Below, piece by piece: positions 36,601 to 45,098 of a DNA stretch of 53,986 bases. The number at the start of each line of letters is the position of its first letter. Positions within the stretch are counted from its first letter, which is position 1. The DNA lies in IMG/VR virus record IMGVR_UViG_3300032218_001859, positions 1 through 53,986 of that record. One strand, 5' to 3'. The translations under genes and the position numbers were made by a program. This DNA is from a virus. Lineage: Duplodnaviria; Caudoviricetes. The notes under the pieces are model-generated. The model saw only the letters and a program-made list of their open reading frames with translations, was not told where the DNA came from and searched no databases.

Positions 36601-38271
36601 ACTTCTAGAAATGCTACCCAAAAATTAGTATTTAAAAATACTCTCACCGAAACAGTTAGTATTGATAGTTGTACTGGTGATGCGGTTTTTGGTAGTCAAG
36701 CTGCGGCGGTATTTGTTTTGGGTGGGTATTTTAGAACAACTCCTATTGCCCATACTACAACTGATCCAGTTTATTCCTATCGTTTTTCTCCAATGGCTGG
36801 TCAGCCAGGTGGACCTAGTACATATATAACTACTGCAATTAATACAAACACAGTAAATATTCCAGTAGCTAGTATTAGTGGATTTAAAATTGGTGATTTG
36901 GCACTGATTTCTTATGATGATGTTGCTTGCGAAATTATTAGAATTACTTCAGCACCATATAGACTTAATGGAATAAATTATTTACCAACTGAATCAAATT
37001 TAGTATATCCTTCTGGCGGTAGAGCACAAGAACAAACTAGCGCATTATCTGGCGCCGTGAATTATACAGTATGGAAAATTGATAAAGATCCTAGAACAAC
37101 AACGTTAATTTATAACATCCTAGCTACTGGAAGAGTTGGGGTCGAATCTCCGAATACTAATGGAAATAAAATTAGGATGTATTTACTGAACGGTGATATG
37201 GTTCAGGAAAAGGTTGATTATAGTCAGTGGCTTAGAATTGGAACTGAAATTTTCCTTGTTGACAGCATTAGTGGAGCAGTTGATCCAGTATTTGGCACAA
37301 AATTACCAAAATCTATTAGAAATTATACCCAAACCGGAGAACCTGCTGAAATTGTTCCATATTTTGGCGGTGGCAATCTCACCGCAAATGGAGATGTTAC
37401 AATCAATAGCGGAAACCTCAGAATGTATGGTAGTGATAGCAAAACACTAATATTTAATGTTGCTAATGATGATGGTCATGCTGGAGATGGAGCTGTTGGA
37501 GATAGAATAACTGGAAAGGATGGATTATATTTAAATGGATCTCTCCGAATGTATGGTGATTTATTTGTTTATGATGAAATAGCACAGGAAAATGAAAGAC
37601 CAAATACTACAATATTGAGAGTTGATAAAGTTGATAAAAAAGTCAAGATTGCCAATGGATTGTATATTGCTGGGCAAGTAAGAACAGTGCAAAGTTCACT
37701 AGAACCTATTTTACACATTGATAATTTGGGATCTGCTGGTGCTGGTACTACTGGACCTAGAAACTTTAAGATGTACCAAGATGGATCAATTGATGCATTT
37801 GGTATTAACCAATATTTTACTGCTAAAGGTGGAAGAAGATGGACTTACGTTGCTCAATCAAGCACTGGAGTTGGTCAACAAACAACAAGTCCTTTACAAC
37901 CAAATAATAATTATCTGTTAAATTGTACTGCTGGCGGCAATATGGTTTTATACTTACCAAATGATGCCAGTACTGGGGACATGATTAGATTTATAGAAAT
38001 TTCAGGAAATCTTCAATATAACACAAATCTTGTTATTAGAGCACTTCCAAATGGAATTACTCCGATTGCTATTCAAGGAGACACATCTGGAACTAAACTT
38101 AGTGCCGGTGCATCTTTATTAACATCTTCGTGGGGCAGTGGAGAACTTATTGTTCAAACTAGAAATGCTTCATTTGGATTACTTTATGTTGGTGATTCTG
38201 ATGCTCCTGGCACTGCAGGTGGTACATCTATTCCAACCAATTTACAGGGTTGGTGGTTGACGGAGTTATAA
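27670..38271 (+). CDS. Giant (3533 aa) virion/tail-fibre protein with pectin-lyase-like beta-helix segments and three phycobiliprotein-like repeats
   Basis: MALTRLDNL start typical of cyanophage fibre proteins; late promoter; RVGIN.T fibre repeats; three CxRDIGY motifs; C-terminal GWWLTEL. Confidence 0.85.
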   Translation: MALTRLDNLYSSKTGRYLYVSPDDFNATDELDNRGNSPLRPFKTIQRAFIEVSRYSYLPNAEDRFDQFSIMLMPGNHYIDNRPGAVDVTNKEPRYLDGANLIEANRQEIIDRAFAQIAIDYNEAAWGNNWVVPGDSNLAGNPLNRFFDAYRLIQRNRNQIVDAAYATVIASPPSPPPANLLAKCKRDIGYFIDAVSLDVCLGGGNKYTRKFVKNYFNAAGNSWLSNTLEGEQTQSRTAFAAARDQMNLALNNQLTYKDLTISVDPVTNSNQNQNSCNNVKSVVFSLSQIVLDVITSGNPSTLVGETSPPVIGDGQNICKRDIGYIVDATISDLKTGGNSNIIQAARSYFGRNGQPISNGLIGEEAQSIIAFNAARDMMRKAVSNRLYTKNLTLLSGPSVANGTGAIQPLSPSGNEFACVDVQDTISSLILILTTVIADGNLGSLDLIEITGDIPIFNYNQALEEWNDNSILDLGNPDNVLYKFNASTGGAIVPRGCSLIGYDLRRTIVRPLYVPDPADGTQGRTSVFNLTGGCYIWQFTIKDGDLSTNSPLFDPVANVGKVYYQAGNTLQLAVPEYSHHKICIMEYADSDELDIYYTKISRAFSRFQPTIDDGDFLSLVQENRIVGPLSDTRRIESIRITDSSPVGTLTVRVTTKIDHGYFVDQYIAILNNGLSDQLNGTFKVSNTNVGGNPKVFEYKILGSISSLGNPTLVSGATYTSANGLDTNAVSQAEIDSVESASPYVFNCSIRSTWGMCGMWADGSKATGFKSMVVAQYTGVSLQKDDRAFIRYDKFTNTWNQASLTDAFATVPYHTKGDAYWKDDWRNFHIRASDDSFVQCVSVFAVGFHDHFLMESGGDMSITNSNSNFGNTSLHAVGFKGFSFNQDKGGYITDIIPPKVINTSPSNESKIQYYTLDILASNNQTNHTKIYLGSEDATDPANRPAATIQGYRIGAKKGEKIFVKLDIGTCYATLAPTGFDTYTTSLETLNPGGIQINHKAQDAADRIEDNKNFIQNEAYQYIISKYPALLTNTNITIAKCQRDIGYFVDAVVSDLRLGGNINTIQAAEGYFVGGSLAYINGELSETIDALDYVKNLSIAAMRNFDYLRKNCSTTAGSPIVTVGDTSGLVIGMRVAEYASNRFNNGKLIANSSPIVNNIPAETYIKKIINSTQIEIGTFGSRLNQGSTRNAILGSSSVWLYFTLENGAWYTTHSVGVTTDPSIIQDTVYPECVDIATTITEYFRDIQLTINQGPNTVIKIEPVIDYTSLTKRATIFTINTGAGTSNPHNWETGTPVKLVPRAKPGTNPDKRLIRLPKGFDANTKYYVIAPGRKTEPYDYSGTTYFNGSDQTKLMLAATKENSAAGIYIYSPETESIDPDVEILVEQYVLDDVYDLHKYKCNFTDGNTQNIQTDVAHIFDLPNAAVTPQKVFFRVADDILDSQLPQISGQGTVNPKRYYYARYVNSKKFTVHLTHADAIAGTNEISFVGGFGRNFYVFANKRRSPLLFDAEYSATGNTSGLWYLQVINESSGATLKTDSILTRFHDVRAYGPGSGKIRTLDSWYTRIEDTRSKEDRVYRLRYVVPKYLETVRNPLNGFVIKIRTDDKRRLVPQKIVLAPVSGNTQNTAVFKNNIGFRETIGLTRDSYVLGGIGASVFEQSPEKRVGLYDPYYTEPKIVETESNIAFTIQSARKIANDYLEVIAFDHTIINESLKNETFTAIEISQPQGGDGIFSSALNAERINWTGFSSGSAIVHSYKSVNNRYFLILRITEGSINYSSAVATSFSQIKSPSTITANLIGKANSIGDPQGRDKSNRRDYLYRVEGANVYTLVPGDYITDDTGKRYQIVSVEDVGNIEDTFYIFDINEVQERIAGQQDGIYYLTCVRGNISPFPTNAGVGDNFKNYKFSQPISQLYPQNYKNDPVWFKQINSSYNDAPASISAADNYVHGLVTINDSKRSETKELVYDIIEQPALSRYEFEKSESFTSAVEGSNIIQAQEGNATSGSEDRKIPISGNSVFPLEQKLYVELRRPSIARSGNHTFEYLGFGPGNYSTGFPLRQEVVLSDTQDFYAQSKKENGGIVFYTGLNSNGDLYIGNRKINAITGVETFLEQAVLEDSVDDSGDNIGSLVTTFNVPVTFNERITVEGDANFNNPVTISVDATEGTALRVTSILSADQGDDMSLSNGQHQKNSDGDITLGKNRINSAIYGIIPRQELGNVGQPYSIRTHFISGVGPTNITPDQSKRFNNLQEISYSNTQKPENGDILFKGKEVGLSGSLGWIYANYYTTIGNTNIQNIISNGTVLTINWISTVTNGQLKVTSGSKLRISNFSLNSNLNGTWTVLSAGIDANFCTFAIGSVPAVGTTYNNNQIISTNPGFEISRANWKEFGILGSESIRTNTEDIGDYRVGINTVARASHNAYTNAFVENGATNPRANLDIVGTTFISGKILSTLPNNFIANSAFINRTFINQDNALLVGGDSANPNNVSVFRISTTNNGRVGINTTNAQLNGAADSGIYNVALAVIGSSAISQNLRVGGTSSLIGDTTITGDLAVNGGDITTTTTAGTFNLLNQNTFTGTTNISNYASTINVGNFSTNSAIRIGNNIASTGSSTISIGGAFNTGETFSYVSFDSKLTRVGGDLALSYLRGIGSSLKITVPTGSTLDAFNEATVVNLANSASTIRFGGQGGTTTIRNSLNVDASLSVNGNVILRGGLSSFDFNGSRAQLGTSALALTGQEAAPLDKTVDLITIVNGNSISPNYFVNQIDTPGSGDWGGAGFRDEILAYSLPALSGNNYYLPLLTAPRYSEGDFLLIDTQNGSKHPEIVKIPTGGLVKTEAAPYYIKVQRQPLGTFTPTRADHDDLTYVRKINVALDATWIKNNIDNTGGTDLFQLAEFGGQLAIGDYIIVQRNSAGTVGEFVKINSSSNTVSRKLTITDGGSSPLSVFQVDSVNGDTTIGNPNIANSGDLTVYGTFTLDGKDCTSRNATQKLVFKNTLTETVSIDSCTGDAVFGSQAAAVFVLGGYFRTTPIAHTTTDPVYSYRFSPMAGQPGGPSTYITTAINTNTVNIPVASISGFKIGDLALISYDDVACEIIRITSAPYRLNGINYLPTESNLVYPSGGRAQEQTSALSGAVNYTVWKIDKDPRTTTLIYNILATGRVGVESPNTNGNKIRMYLLNGDMVQEKVDYSQWLRIGTEIFLVDSISGAVDPVFGTKLPKSIRNYTQTGEPAEIVPYFGGGNLTANGDVTINSGNLRMYGSDSKTLIFNVANDDGHAGDGAVGDRITGKDGLYLNGSLRMYGDLFVYDEIAQENERPNTTILRVDKVDKKVKIANGLYIAGQVRTVQSSLEPILHIDNLGSAGAGTTGPRNFKMYQDGSIDAFGINQYFTAKGGRRWTYVAQSSTGVGQQTTSPLQPNNNYLLNCTAGGNMVLYLPNDASTGDMIRFIEISGNLQYNTNLVIRALPNGITPIAIQGDTSGTKLSAGASLLTSSWGSGELIVQTRNASFGLLYVGDSDAPGTAGGTSIPTNLQGWWLTEL

Positions 38272-38274
38272 ACT

Positions 38275-40101
38275 ATGGCAGCAAGATATAGTACTATAAA
38301 ATCTTTAAAATTTGCTAAAATTGGAACTATTATGCCTTGGAGTGGTGATGGTTCCGATGGGTTCACCCCTTCAAATATTCCTAAGGGGTGGGTAGTTTGT
38401 AATGGAGCGTCTCTTTCGGCATCAAGATATCCTTTATTAGCTTCTATTATTGGCAATTCTTATGGAGGAACTAATTTTACGGGACAATTTCCTGAATATA
38501 GTGGTTCATTTAGAGTTCCTAATATAAGTGCAAGAGTTTTGATGGATTTAGAACCAAATATGTTAAATGAACCAAAATATCTTTATAATCAATATGATGC
38601 AAAAAATGTTTTGGGTACTTTAGTTAAAGATGACGGATTTACTACTCCCATTAATACTCTTGTTCTTTCCGAATCAGACATTGTTTTTTCGTTACAATCA
38701 ATTGATTCTGGTATAATTAATGCTGTTGATAATATTGGGCCAGTGTCCACTGCCCGAAAGCCTGGTACATATGGTCCAATTGCTGCTAAAGGAGGTACTG
38801 GAGAAGGAGCATTATTTACGGTTGTGGTTGCAAATGCTGGTGGTGGATTAGGTGGCGCTGTTACTATATCAATAAATTCTGGTGGTCAGGGATATCGTGA
38901 TAATGATGTTCTTAGTTTTTTTGATGTATTACTTGGAAATGGTGGGGCTCCGGCATTAACATTTCAGGTAAATAATGGATCTCCTGCGACAAATGCTGAT
39001 TTGACGTTTTCTGGCAAAATGACAGATATTGCAATATCTAATCCAGATTTCAATACTAGTATTTACACAATTCCTCGAAAATTAGGAATTAATCATATGC
39101 CGGGGCACCCACATCCTTCTACATATCCATATGCTCAAGCTAATAGTACTGGTCCCATGGAATTTAGACCATCAAGCACAACAACGGGAGGAACTGTTTC
39201 TGGAGAATGTGATGGATATGGATATGTTGATTGTTCTTTGAGTGATATAAAAACAGCACCAACTTGGCAAGATGGATATGTTTTGGCGACATATTTTGGT
39301 GATGAGTTAGCTGAAAATACTATGCCAACTACAGACAAATTTTTATATTTTCCTGCAACTGGAAATTATGATTACAGTAAAGTTCCAAGTAATTCAGCCC
39401 CACAAAGAGCAGTTAATGGTACAACTTATACTGCTACTTTTGCAGATACTCCAAATAAAAATCATCAGCAAGATGCCTGGACTGGATTGTTTCCTAAACC
39501 ATCTGCAAGTCATGGAAACAGAAGAAATTATTTTGGTATATCTACACTTCCAACAACTCCGCCAGCAAATCCCGACGTACTAACTGGATTTCAAGTCCTT
39601 AACGTATCAATGCAACCAGGAGTATCTAAACTTAGATTACCAATTGGTACTGATTTGGGAACATTATTTGATAATATTGTTCCATTCATGTGGGTGTTTG
39701 GATCTGGAACTGGAATACCATCAGGAACTCAAGTTTTAGGTATTACTAGAGTATCTGGGACAACAGTATTGACTTATGTGTATGAAATTGAACTTAGTAA
39801 TACTACTACAGATACTGCTTCAGGAACAGAAACTTTAACATTTAAACACGGCACTTATCCAACTACTATTAATAATGCTAATGCTGCTTTAGATCCAACT
39901 AGTAATTCTTTTACTGGACACGGACACGGAACATTTGATATTGCTATGACCAGAGGAACTCTCAATCCGCCCCCAACCTTCCCAGTAAATAATGTTGCTA
40001 TTAATAATGTTTATCCAGAACCATTGAAAAATGCTTTAAATATTGTTATAAATACCTCAGCTCCTTCTGTAAACATCACGTACATTATGAGGGCATATTA
40101 A
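38275..40101 (+). CDS. Tail-collar-domain fibre protein
   Basis: IGTIMPW...IPKGWVVCNG....YPLLASIIGNSYGG...FRVPN; HxH motifs; C-terminal YIMRAY. Confidence 0.85.
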   Translation: MAARYSTIKSLKFAKIGTIMPWSGDGSDGFTPSNIPKGWVVCNGASLSASRYPLLASIIGNSYGGTNFTGQFPEYSGSFRVPNISARVLMDLEPNMLNEPKYLYNQYDAKNVLGTLVKDDGFTTPINTLVLSESDIVFSLQSIDSGIINAVDNIGPVSTARKPGTYGPIAAKGGTGEGALFTVVVANAGGGLGGAVTISINSGGQGYRDNDVLSFFDVLLGNGGAPALTFQVNNGSPATNADLTFSGKMTDIAISNPDFNTSIYTIPRKLGINHMPGHPHPSTYPYAQANSTGPMEFRPSSTTTGGTVSGECDGYGYVDCSLSDIKTAPTWQDGYVLATYFGDELAENTMPTTDKFLYFPATGNYDYSKVPSNSAPQRAVNGTTYTATFADTPNKNHQQDAWTGLFPKPSASHGNRRNYFGISTLPTTPPANPDVLTGFQVLNVSMQPGVSKLRLPIGTDLGTLFDNIVPFMWVFGSGTGIPSGTQVLGITRVSGTTVLTYVYEIELSNTTTDTASGTETLTFKHGTYPTTINNANAALDPTSNSFTGHGHGTFDIAMTRGTLNPPPTFPVNNVAINNVYPEPLKNALNIVINTSAPSVNITYIMRAY

Positions 40102-41501
40102 TGGCTAGATTTTATTCCCAAGAAAGGGGTAAATATGGTACTTTGAGCGGTACAATTATTATTTGGCCGGTGCAATATAATGTTGATCCCATTTCTGCAG
40201 AAAATAAAGCAATTTTACCTGCCGGATATTTAAAATGTGATGGGTCAAAATATAACGCTGTTTCCTATCCACAATTAGCAGAAATTTTAGGAGTTGGAAC
40301 TGCTACTAAATTTTTAAAAAGAAATTTATCTGGGGATCCTGTCTTTCAAGTTAAAGATACAGAATTTGTTGTTCCTGATTTAGGATCAAAATTTCCTAGA
40401 CCTGTTCCTGGTCCAGATGCTGGATCATATAATAATGTTTTAGAAGAAAATGGTGTTGGCATAGAAGTTAAAAAATCCGGCATCGGTATTACTGCCGAAT
40501 CTGTAGTTGGAAATACCGTTCGGTTGTCATACGCAGGAAAATTTTCGTTGCCTTCACAAACTATTCCGATTGTTGGTAAACCAGTTTGGACTTCTGGTTC
40601 CAATAATTCGAAAAGAACTGATCAGTCGGAAGTTGAATCTAGTGGTATTTACTCACACATGCACTTTAGTACTACTAAAAGAACTAGAATTAAATCAGCT
40701 AATACTGTAAGTTCTAATATTGAACCATCTACCGGAATATGTTATTACAAGGTGGGTACTACTGTAAATATACAAAATTGGCTGGTTGCCACTACTCACC
40801 CAGATGCTTCTTCTTATCCAGGAAGCAATCAACCTGCGTGTTGGGTCATTGCTTCTAATGATTCTGCCCGAGCAGCAACTGGCAATACAAACCCAACTAC
40901 AACGACACTTTTGGGTATTACTACACTATATGAAAAATATACTTATAATGTTTGTTGGAACGATGGAGATAATATTTTTACCGATTTAAAATATAATTGT
41001 TTGTTAACTGCCCCAGCTACTTACCAAATTGGTCAATCTGGATATTTTGGGTCTGCTGGTGCTCAAAGAAGAAAATGGTTGCCATCTGTTCCTTTAATTG
41101 GCTGCACTAATTTTGGAGAATTAGGAAGAGTTGGCAATGGAAGTACACCAAGTACATATACTACCGGCACAGCTCCTACTGATTGGAAAGATATTTCGTT
41201 AGTTGATGTTGTTCCGTTAAATAGTAATAGTAATTCATCACAAACTCGGGGATATTCTCAAGTAGAAAATAGTATGACCGAAGTAAGCTCTCCTGCTAGT
41301 TTGTATACCGGAGATCCTACTGTACACAATCATGGAATTGTATTGGAGAGAGGAGAACAAGCATATAATTTAATTACAGAATCAGTTTTAATTGAACCAG
41401 ATGCTTTAAATACTCAATTAACTCTTTCCACAAGTAATGCAGTTTCTCTCGATGCAGTAAGCTCTCCTTTTATCATCATGGAATATTTAATTAAGATATA
41501 A
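40101..41501 (+). CDS. Tail-collar-domain fibre protein
   Basis: GTIIIW...LPAGYLKCDGSKY...YPQLAEILG...FVVPDL; C-terminal EYLIKI. Confidence 0.85.
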   Translation: MARFYSQERGKYGTLSGTIIIWPVQYNVDPISAENKAILPAGYLKCDGSKYNAVSYPQLAEILGVGTATKFLKRNLSGDPVFQVKDTEFVVPDLGSKFPRPVPGPDAGSYNNVLEENGVGIEVKKSGIGITAESVVGNTVRLSYAGKFSLPSQTIPIVGKPVWTSGSNNSKRTDQSEVESSGIYSHMHFSTTKRTRIKSANTVSSNIEPSTGICYYKVGTTVNIQNWLVATTHPDASSYPGSNQPACWVIASNDSARAATGNTNPTTTTLLGITTLYEKYTYNVCWNDGDNIFTDLKYNCLLTAPATYQIGQSGYFGSAGAQRRKWLPSVPLIGCTNFGELGRVGNGSTPSTYTTGTAPTDWKDISLVDVVPLNSNSNSSQTRGYSQVENSMTEVSSPASLYTGDPTVHNHGIVLERGEQAYNLITESVLIEPDALNTQLTLSTSNAVSLDAVSSPFIIMEYLIKI

Positions 41502-41502
41502 A

Positions 41503-44500
41503 ATGCCAGACCCAAATCCAATTTATAGAAATAAAAGAAAAAACTATTACTCGGATAAATCTACCGATTCGTTTCCGATTGGCAGCATAATTCAAGTATT
41601 TAAAGCAAAATCAAATACATTTGATAATGCATTTATACCTACTGATGCTCCGGTAGATGGCACAACAGCCTATTTAAATAGAGCAGGCAATGCTAATCCA
41701 GGAGACAATCCAGATTATCAATATGAGGGTTATTTGTATTGTGATGGATCCGAATATAATATAAATGATTATCCAGTATTATATTCTATTATTGGAAATG
41801 ATTATGGAGGAACTCCAGGAACTGGAGTATTCAACTCAGTAACTATAGCAGTTACTAGAGAAAATATTTTTAATATTTGGCCATCTAATACTTTGGGAAC
41901 TTTTAAAGTACCTGATTTAAAAGCCAAAAAAATTGTTGGTAATGGTCCAGTTTGGGGATCTGGATCTCCGACAGTCGGTTTAAATGAACTAGAAGTTGGA
42001 TTGGGTTCTGTTGGCGGTAATTGGTATTTAAGTAAAGCATCGCAAAAACAACAATTTTCTCTTGGTAAAATTACAACTACTGGTTATACTAATGTATCTA
42101 CAACCGTGCCTGCATACGTTAGTGGTTCGCAAATTGTTCAAGTAAATACAAGTTTAACCAGATTAACTGGGCCGCCGGATCATACCCATTTACTATTACA
42201 TAGTGAAACTTCCGAAGATGATTCTAGACCACAAAGAGGATTGTTTGACAGTTATTTGAGAAATTATAAAACAAAACAGGGGAAAATACTAAATTTCTCT
42301 CCTTCTGGTGGACTGGCATTTCAGCATAGTCATGGATTAGCTAGAAGAGCATTAACTGATACTACAGTTGCTACATACGATACATTTAATTATCTTGGTG
42401 GAGATGAAGGTGTCGGGAGTATCAAATCTCCTGGATATTATTGGGCATCAACTGGACTTAGTGGAGGAGGTTCTTTTGAACAAGTAACTTCTACTGACGA
42501 CCCAGCATTTAAAACTTTTACATCAAATTCTGTTGTTGGCGGGGTGCAATTTTTTAATCCAGGAACCGCAATTTATCAAAATACTGGACAAGAATATACT
42601 ACTGCAGTAACTGGAGAAACACTTAATGTTCCTACTGATTGGAGCCAATTGCGAATTGAGGTAAGTGGGGGATCTGGATCTGGCGCTGTTGGTAGTTTAC
42701 CTGGAAATAGTGGAGGTCAAACTAGAGTTAAGCTTGGCGATGGATCTATTTTTACAATAACTGCTACTGGCGGCAGTGGGGGAGGAGCATCTTCAACCAA
42801 CCCAAATTCTAATACAGGTACAGGTGGCCAAGCTGGAGTTAATGGATCCGCTAGTACTAGTGGATCATTGTCGTCTTCGTTATATGAATTTACTACAATT
42901 ACTTCGGCAGAAAATGTTCAGCCGACAAATGGAGGTGCAGGACCATTTTGGAAAGGAATATATAATCAACAAAGTGATATCCCCAGCGGTAATAAATCTG
43001 AAGGTGGTAGAAATGGTGTTACCACGGGAAGTGCTGGGGAAACTAGATTTATCTCAAATTCAAATGCGGCTTTAACATTTGGTCCGTACACTTCTGATAC
43101 TACAGTAGTAATTGGTAAATCACAACCATATTATATTTTTGGCAGCCCATCTTTTGAACTTTGGGGAGGAAATGGCGGGTCAGTTGGCACATTTGGCACC
43201 GAGGAAGGTTCCTGCACTCCTACACCTGGACTAGGTGCGTACTTAAAATTTGGGCTCAACCAAATAACTCAAGCAGGAACTGGAAAACTGATATATCCTT
43301 CTTATACTTGGATATTTACTATTGGTAATACGCCAACATTTGATCAAAGATCTCCTGGCGGAACTGGATATTCTAATGGAGGAGTTGGTGGTTTTGGTTA
43401 TGGCAGTCAACGTTCTGGAAAAGATGGTGGCGCTGGTGGTGGATCTACTATGGCAGCAATTTCTGTTGGTAGTAGTCAATCTGTCGTTGCTGGCGCTGGT
43501 GGTGGTGGTGGTATGGGGGGATGGGACGAAAGATATGTAATTCCACGAGATTGTAATGGTCCTGGCGGAAGTGCCACTACGTTAGTACCAACAACTGATA
43601 TAATTTTTGGTGGAGCTGGACTTCCTGGCGGTAGTGCCGGTTGCGTCGGCGGTGGTGGCGGCGGTGGTGGCGGCGGTGTTGGTCCCAAAGAAGGTGGGGC
43701 TGGAACTGGTGGAGCTGGCGGCGGTGGTGCGGCATCTCACGGCGGTGGTATTGGGGGCACTGCTGGGGGTAGTGCTATCGACACCAATGTTGCCACAGTA
43801 ACTGGGTTTGATGTAAATTCTAATTATTCTAGTGGAGCAGTTCTTGTTACCGCATCTGAAGATCGTAGTTACTGGCAAGGCTGGGGTGGTGGAGGTGGTG
43901 CTGGTGGAGTGGGCTTTGTAGTAATTAATAGAAACAGTGTTAGCTCTATTACTGATATAACTATTGATGTTGGTGCTGGGGGAAATGCTCCTTCTGGAGG
44001 AACTGCTGGACAAGATGGGTTTGCCTCTGTTATTTTTCAAAAAATAGTTGGGTATGATAGTGGAAGTACAGGTACTTCAGTTGGCGATATTATAGAATCT
44101 GCTAGTTCTGGAATTACTACAATTTCTAGTTCTGGATCAGGAACGGGAAGTTCTGGTGGATTTAAATTGCCGACTACTCAAATTCCTGAAGTTGTTATCG
44201 GAGCACCAGATGTTTCTTCAGGCACTCAAGCAACTGCCACTGCCGTTGTTTCTAATGGAAGGGTTGTAACTGTTAATATTGTTGATGGTGGTAGTGGATA
44301 TACTAATGTTCCTCCCGTATACTTTTATGGTGGAGCTGGAGCTGGAACAACTGCTCTTGCTCAAGTTACTTCTGGCGTAGTTACAGGAATTAATATTGTA
44401 TCTAGTGTTGCCCATACTAGATACGTTAAAATTGGTGGTTCTGATTTAGAAAGATATATTATTTTAAAACAATTTAATACTACTAAAGTTGAAAAAATAG

Positions 44501-45072
44501 CAATAAAAGTTGCCCGAGGTAATGGTGAAAATGGCGGGGATCTTCCTGAACAAGGAGGCGATGAATTATCAATTTATTATAATATTGACGGCAGCAATAG
44601 TTTTCCCTATTATATTAGTGTAATTGTTCCTAAGGAAAATTTTGGGAGAACTGATGGATCATCTGGAAATACACAATGGTATACCTATGATGTAGTTTTA
44701 CCTCCTGCAGCAAAAACTACAACAACCAAATTCAAAATTGTGCAAACCAGATCTACTGCTGACATATCTAACGACAATGCCGGAGACACTGATCACTACG
44801 GAATTGCCGAAATTATTTACTATTACGAACAAACAACAGAACTAAAATTTGTTCAAAGTGCTGGCCAATTACCTACTAGCATTGATAAATTAGAATATAA
44901 AGTAGAAGGAAACGCAAATAAATTATATACTGCCGGAATGCAAGCATCTGATCTTACATTCTCACTTTCTTCGGCAACTCCACTTATACCATATGCGGCT
45001 ATTCAACCAAAAGAAAAAATTCCTTTGCTTGAACCATATGCTTTGGTAAAACATATCATTAAAGCATTTTAA
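41503..45072 (+). CDS. Tail-collar-domain fibre protein with glycine-rich adhesin-like region
   Basis: PIGSII...GYLYCDGSEYNINDYPVLYSIIGNDYGG...FKVPDL; polyglycine tracts; C-terminal HIIKAF. Confidence 0.85.
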   Translation: MPDPNPIYRNKRKNYYSDKSTDSFPIGSIIQVFKAKSNTFDNAFIPTDAPVDGTTAYLNRAGNANPGDNPDYQYEGYLYCDGSEYNINDYPVLYSIIGNDYGGTPGTGVFNSVTIAVTRENIFNIWPSNTLGTFKVPDLKAKKIVGNGPVWGSGSPTVGLNELEVGLGSVGGNWYLSKASQKQQFSLGKITTTGYTNVSTTVPAYVSGSQIVQVNTSLTRLTGPPDHTHLLLHSETSEDDSRPQRGLFDSYLRNYKTKQGKILNFSPSGGLAFQHSHGLARRALTDTTVATYDTFNYLGGDEGVGSIKSPGYYWASTGLSGGGSFEQVTSTDDPAFKTFTSNSVVGGVQFFNPGTAIYQNTGQEYTTAVTGETLNVPTDWSQLRIEVSGGSGSGAVGSLPGNSGGQTRVKLGDGSIFTITATGGSGGGASSTNPNSNTGTGGQAGVNGSASTSGSLSSSLYEFTTITSAENVQPTNGGAGPFWKGIYNQQSDIPSGNKSEGGRNGVTTGSAGETRFISNSNAALTFGPYTSDTTVVIGKSQPYYIFGSPSFELWGGNGGSVGTFGTEEGSCTPTPGLGAYLKFGLNQITQAGTGKLIYPSYTWIFTIGNTPTFDQRSPGGTGYSNGGVGGFGYGSQRSGKDGGAGGGSTMAAISVGSSQSVVAGAGGGGGMGGWDERYVIPRDCNGPGGSATTLVPTTDIIFGGAGLPGGSAGCVGGGGGGGGGGVGPKEGGAGTGGAGGGGAASHGGGIGGTAGGSAIDTNVATVTGFDVNSNYSSGAVLVTASEDRSYWQGWGGGGGAGGVGFVVINRNSVSSITDITIDVGAGGNAPSGGTAGQDGFASVIFQKIVGYDSGSTGTSVGDIIESASSGITTISSSGSGTGSSGGFKLPTTQIPEVVIGAPDVSSGTQATATAVVSNGRVVTVNIVDGGSGYTNVPPVYFYGGAGAGTTALAQVTSGVVTGINIVSSVAHTRYVKIGGSDLERYIILKQFNTTKVEKIAIKVARGNGENGGDLPEQGGDELSIYYNIDGSNSFPYYISVIVPKENFGRTDGSSGNTQWYTYDVVLPPAAKTTTTKFKIVQTRSTADISNDNAGDTDHYGIAEIIYYYEQTTELKFVQSAGQLPTSIDKLEYKVEGNANKLYTAGMQASDLTFSLSSATPLIPYAAIQPKEKIPLLEPYALVKHIIKAF

Positions 45073-45098
45073 ATAAATATTTAATAAAAGAAAAAATC

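Noticed and set aside
43490-43770. GGT/GGC low-complexity tract as a DNA repeat element or diversity-generating target
   Set aside because: Simply polyglycine codons; no reverse transcriptase or template/variable repeat pair in the window.
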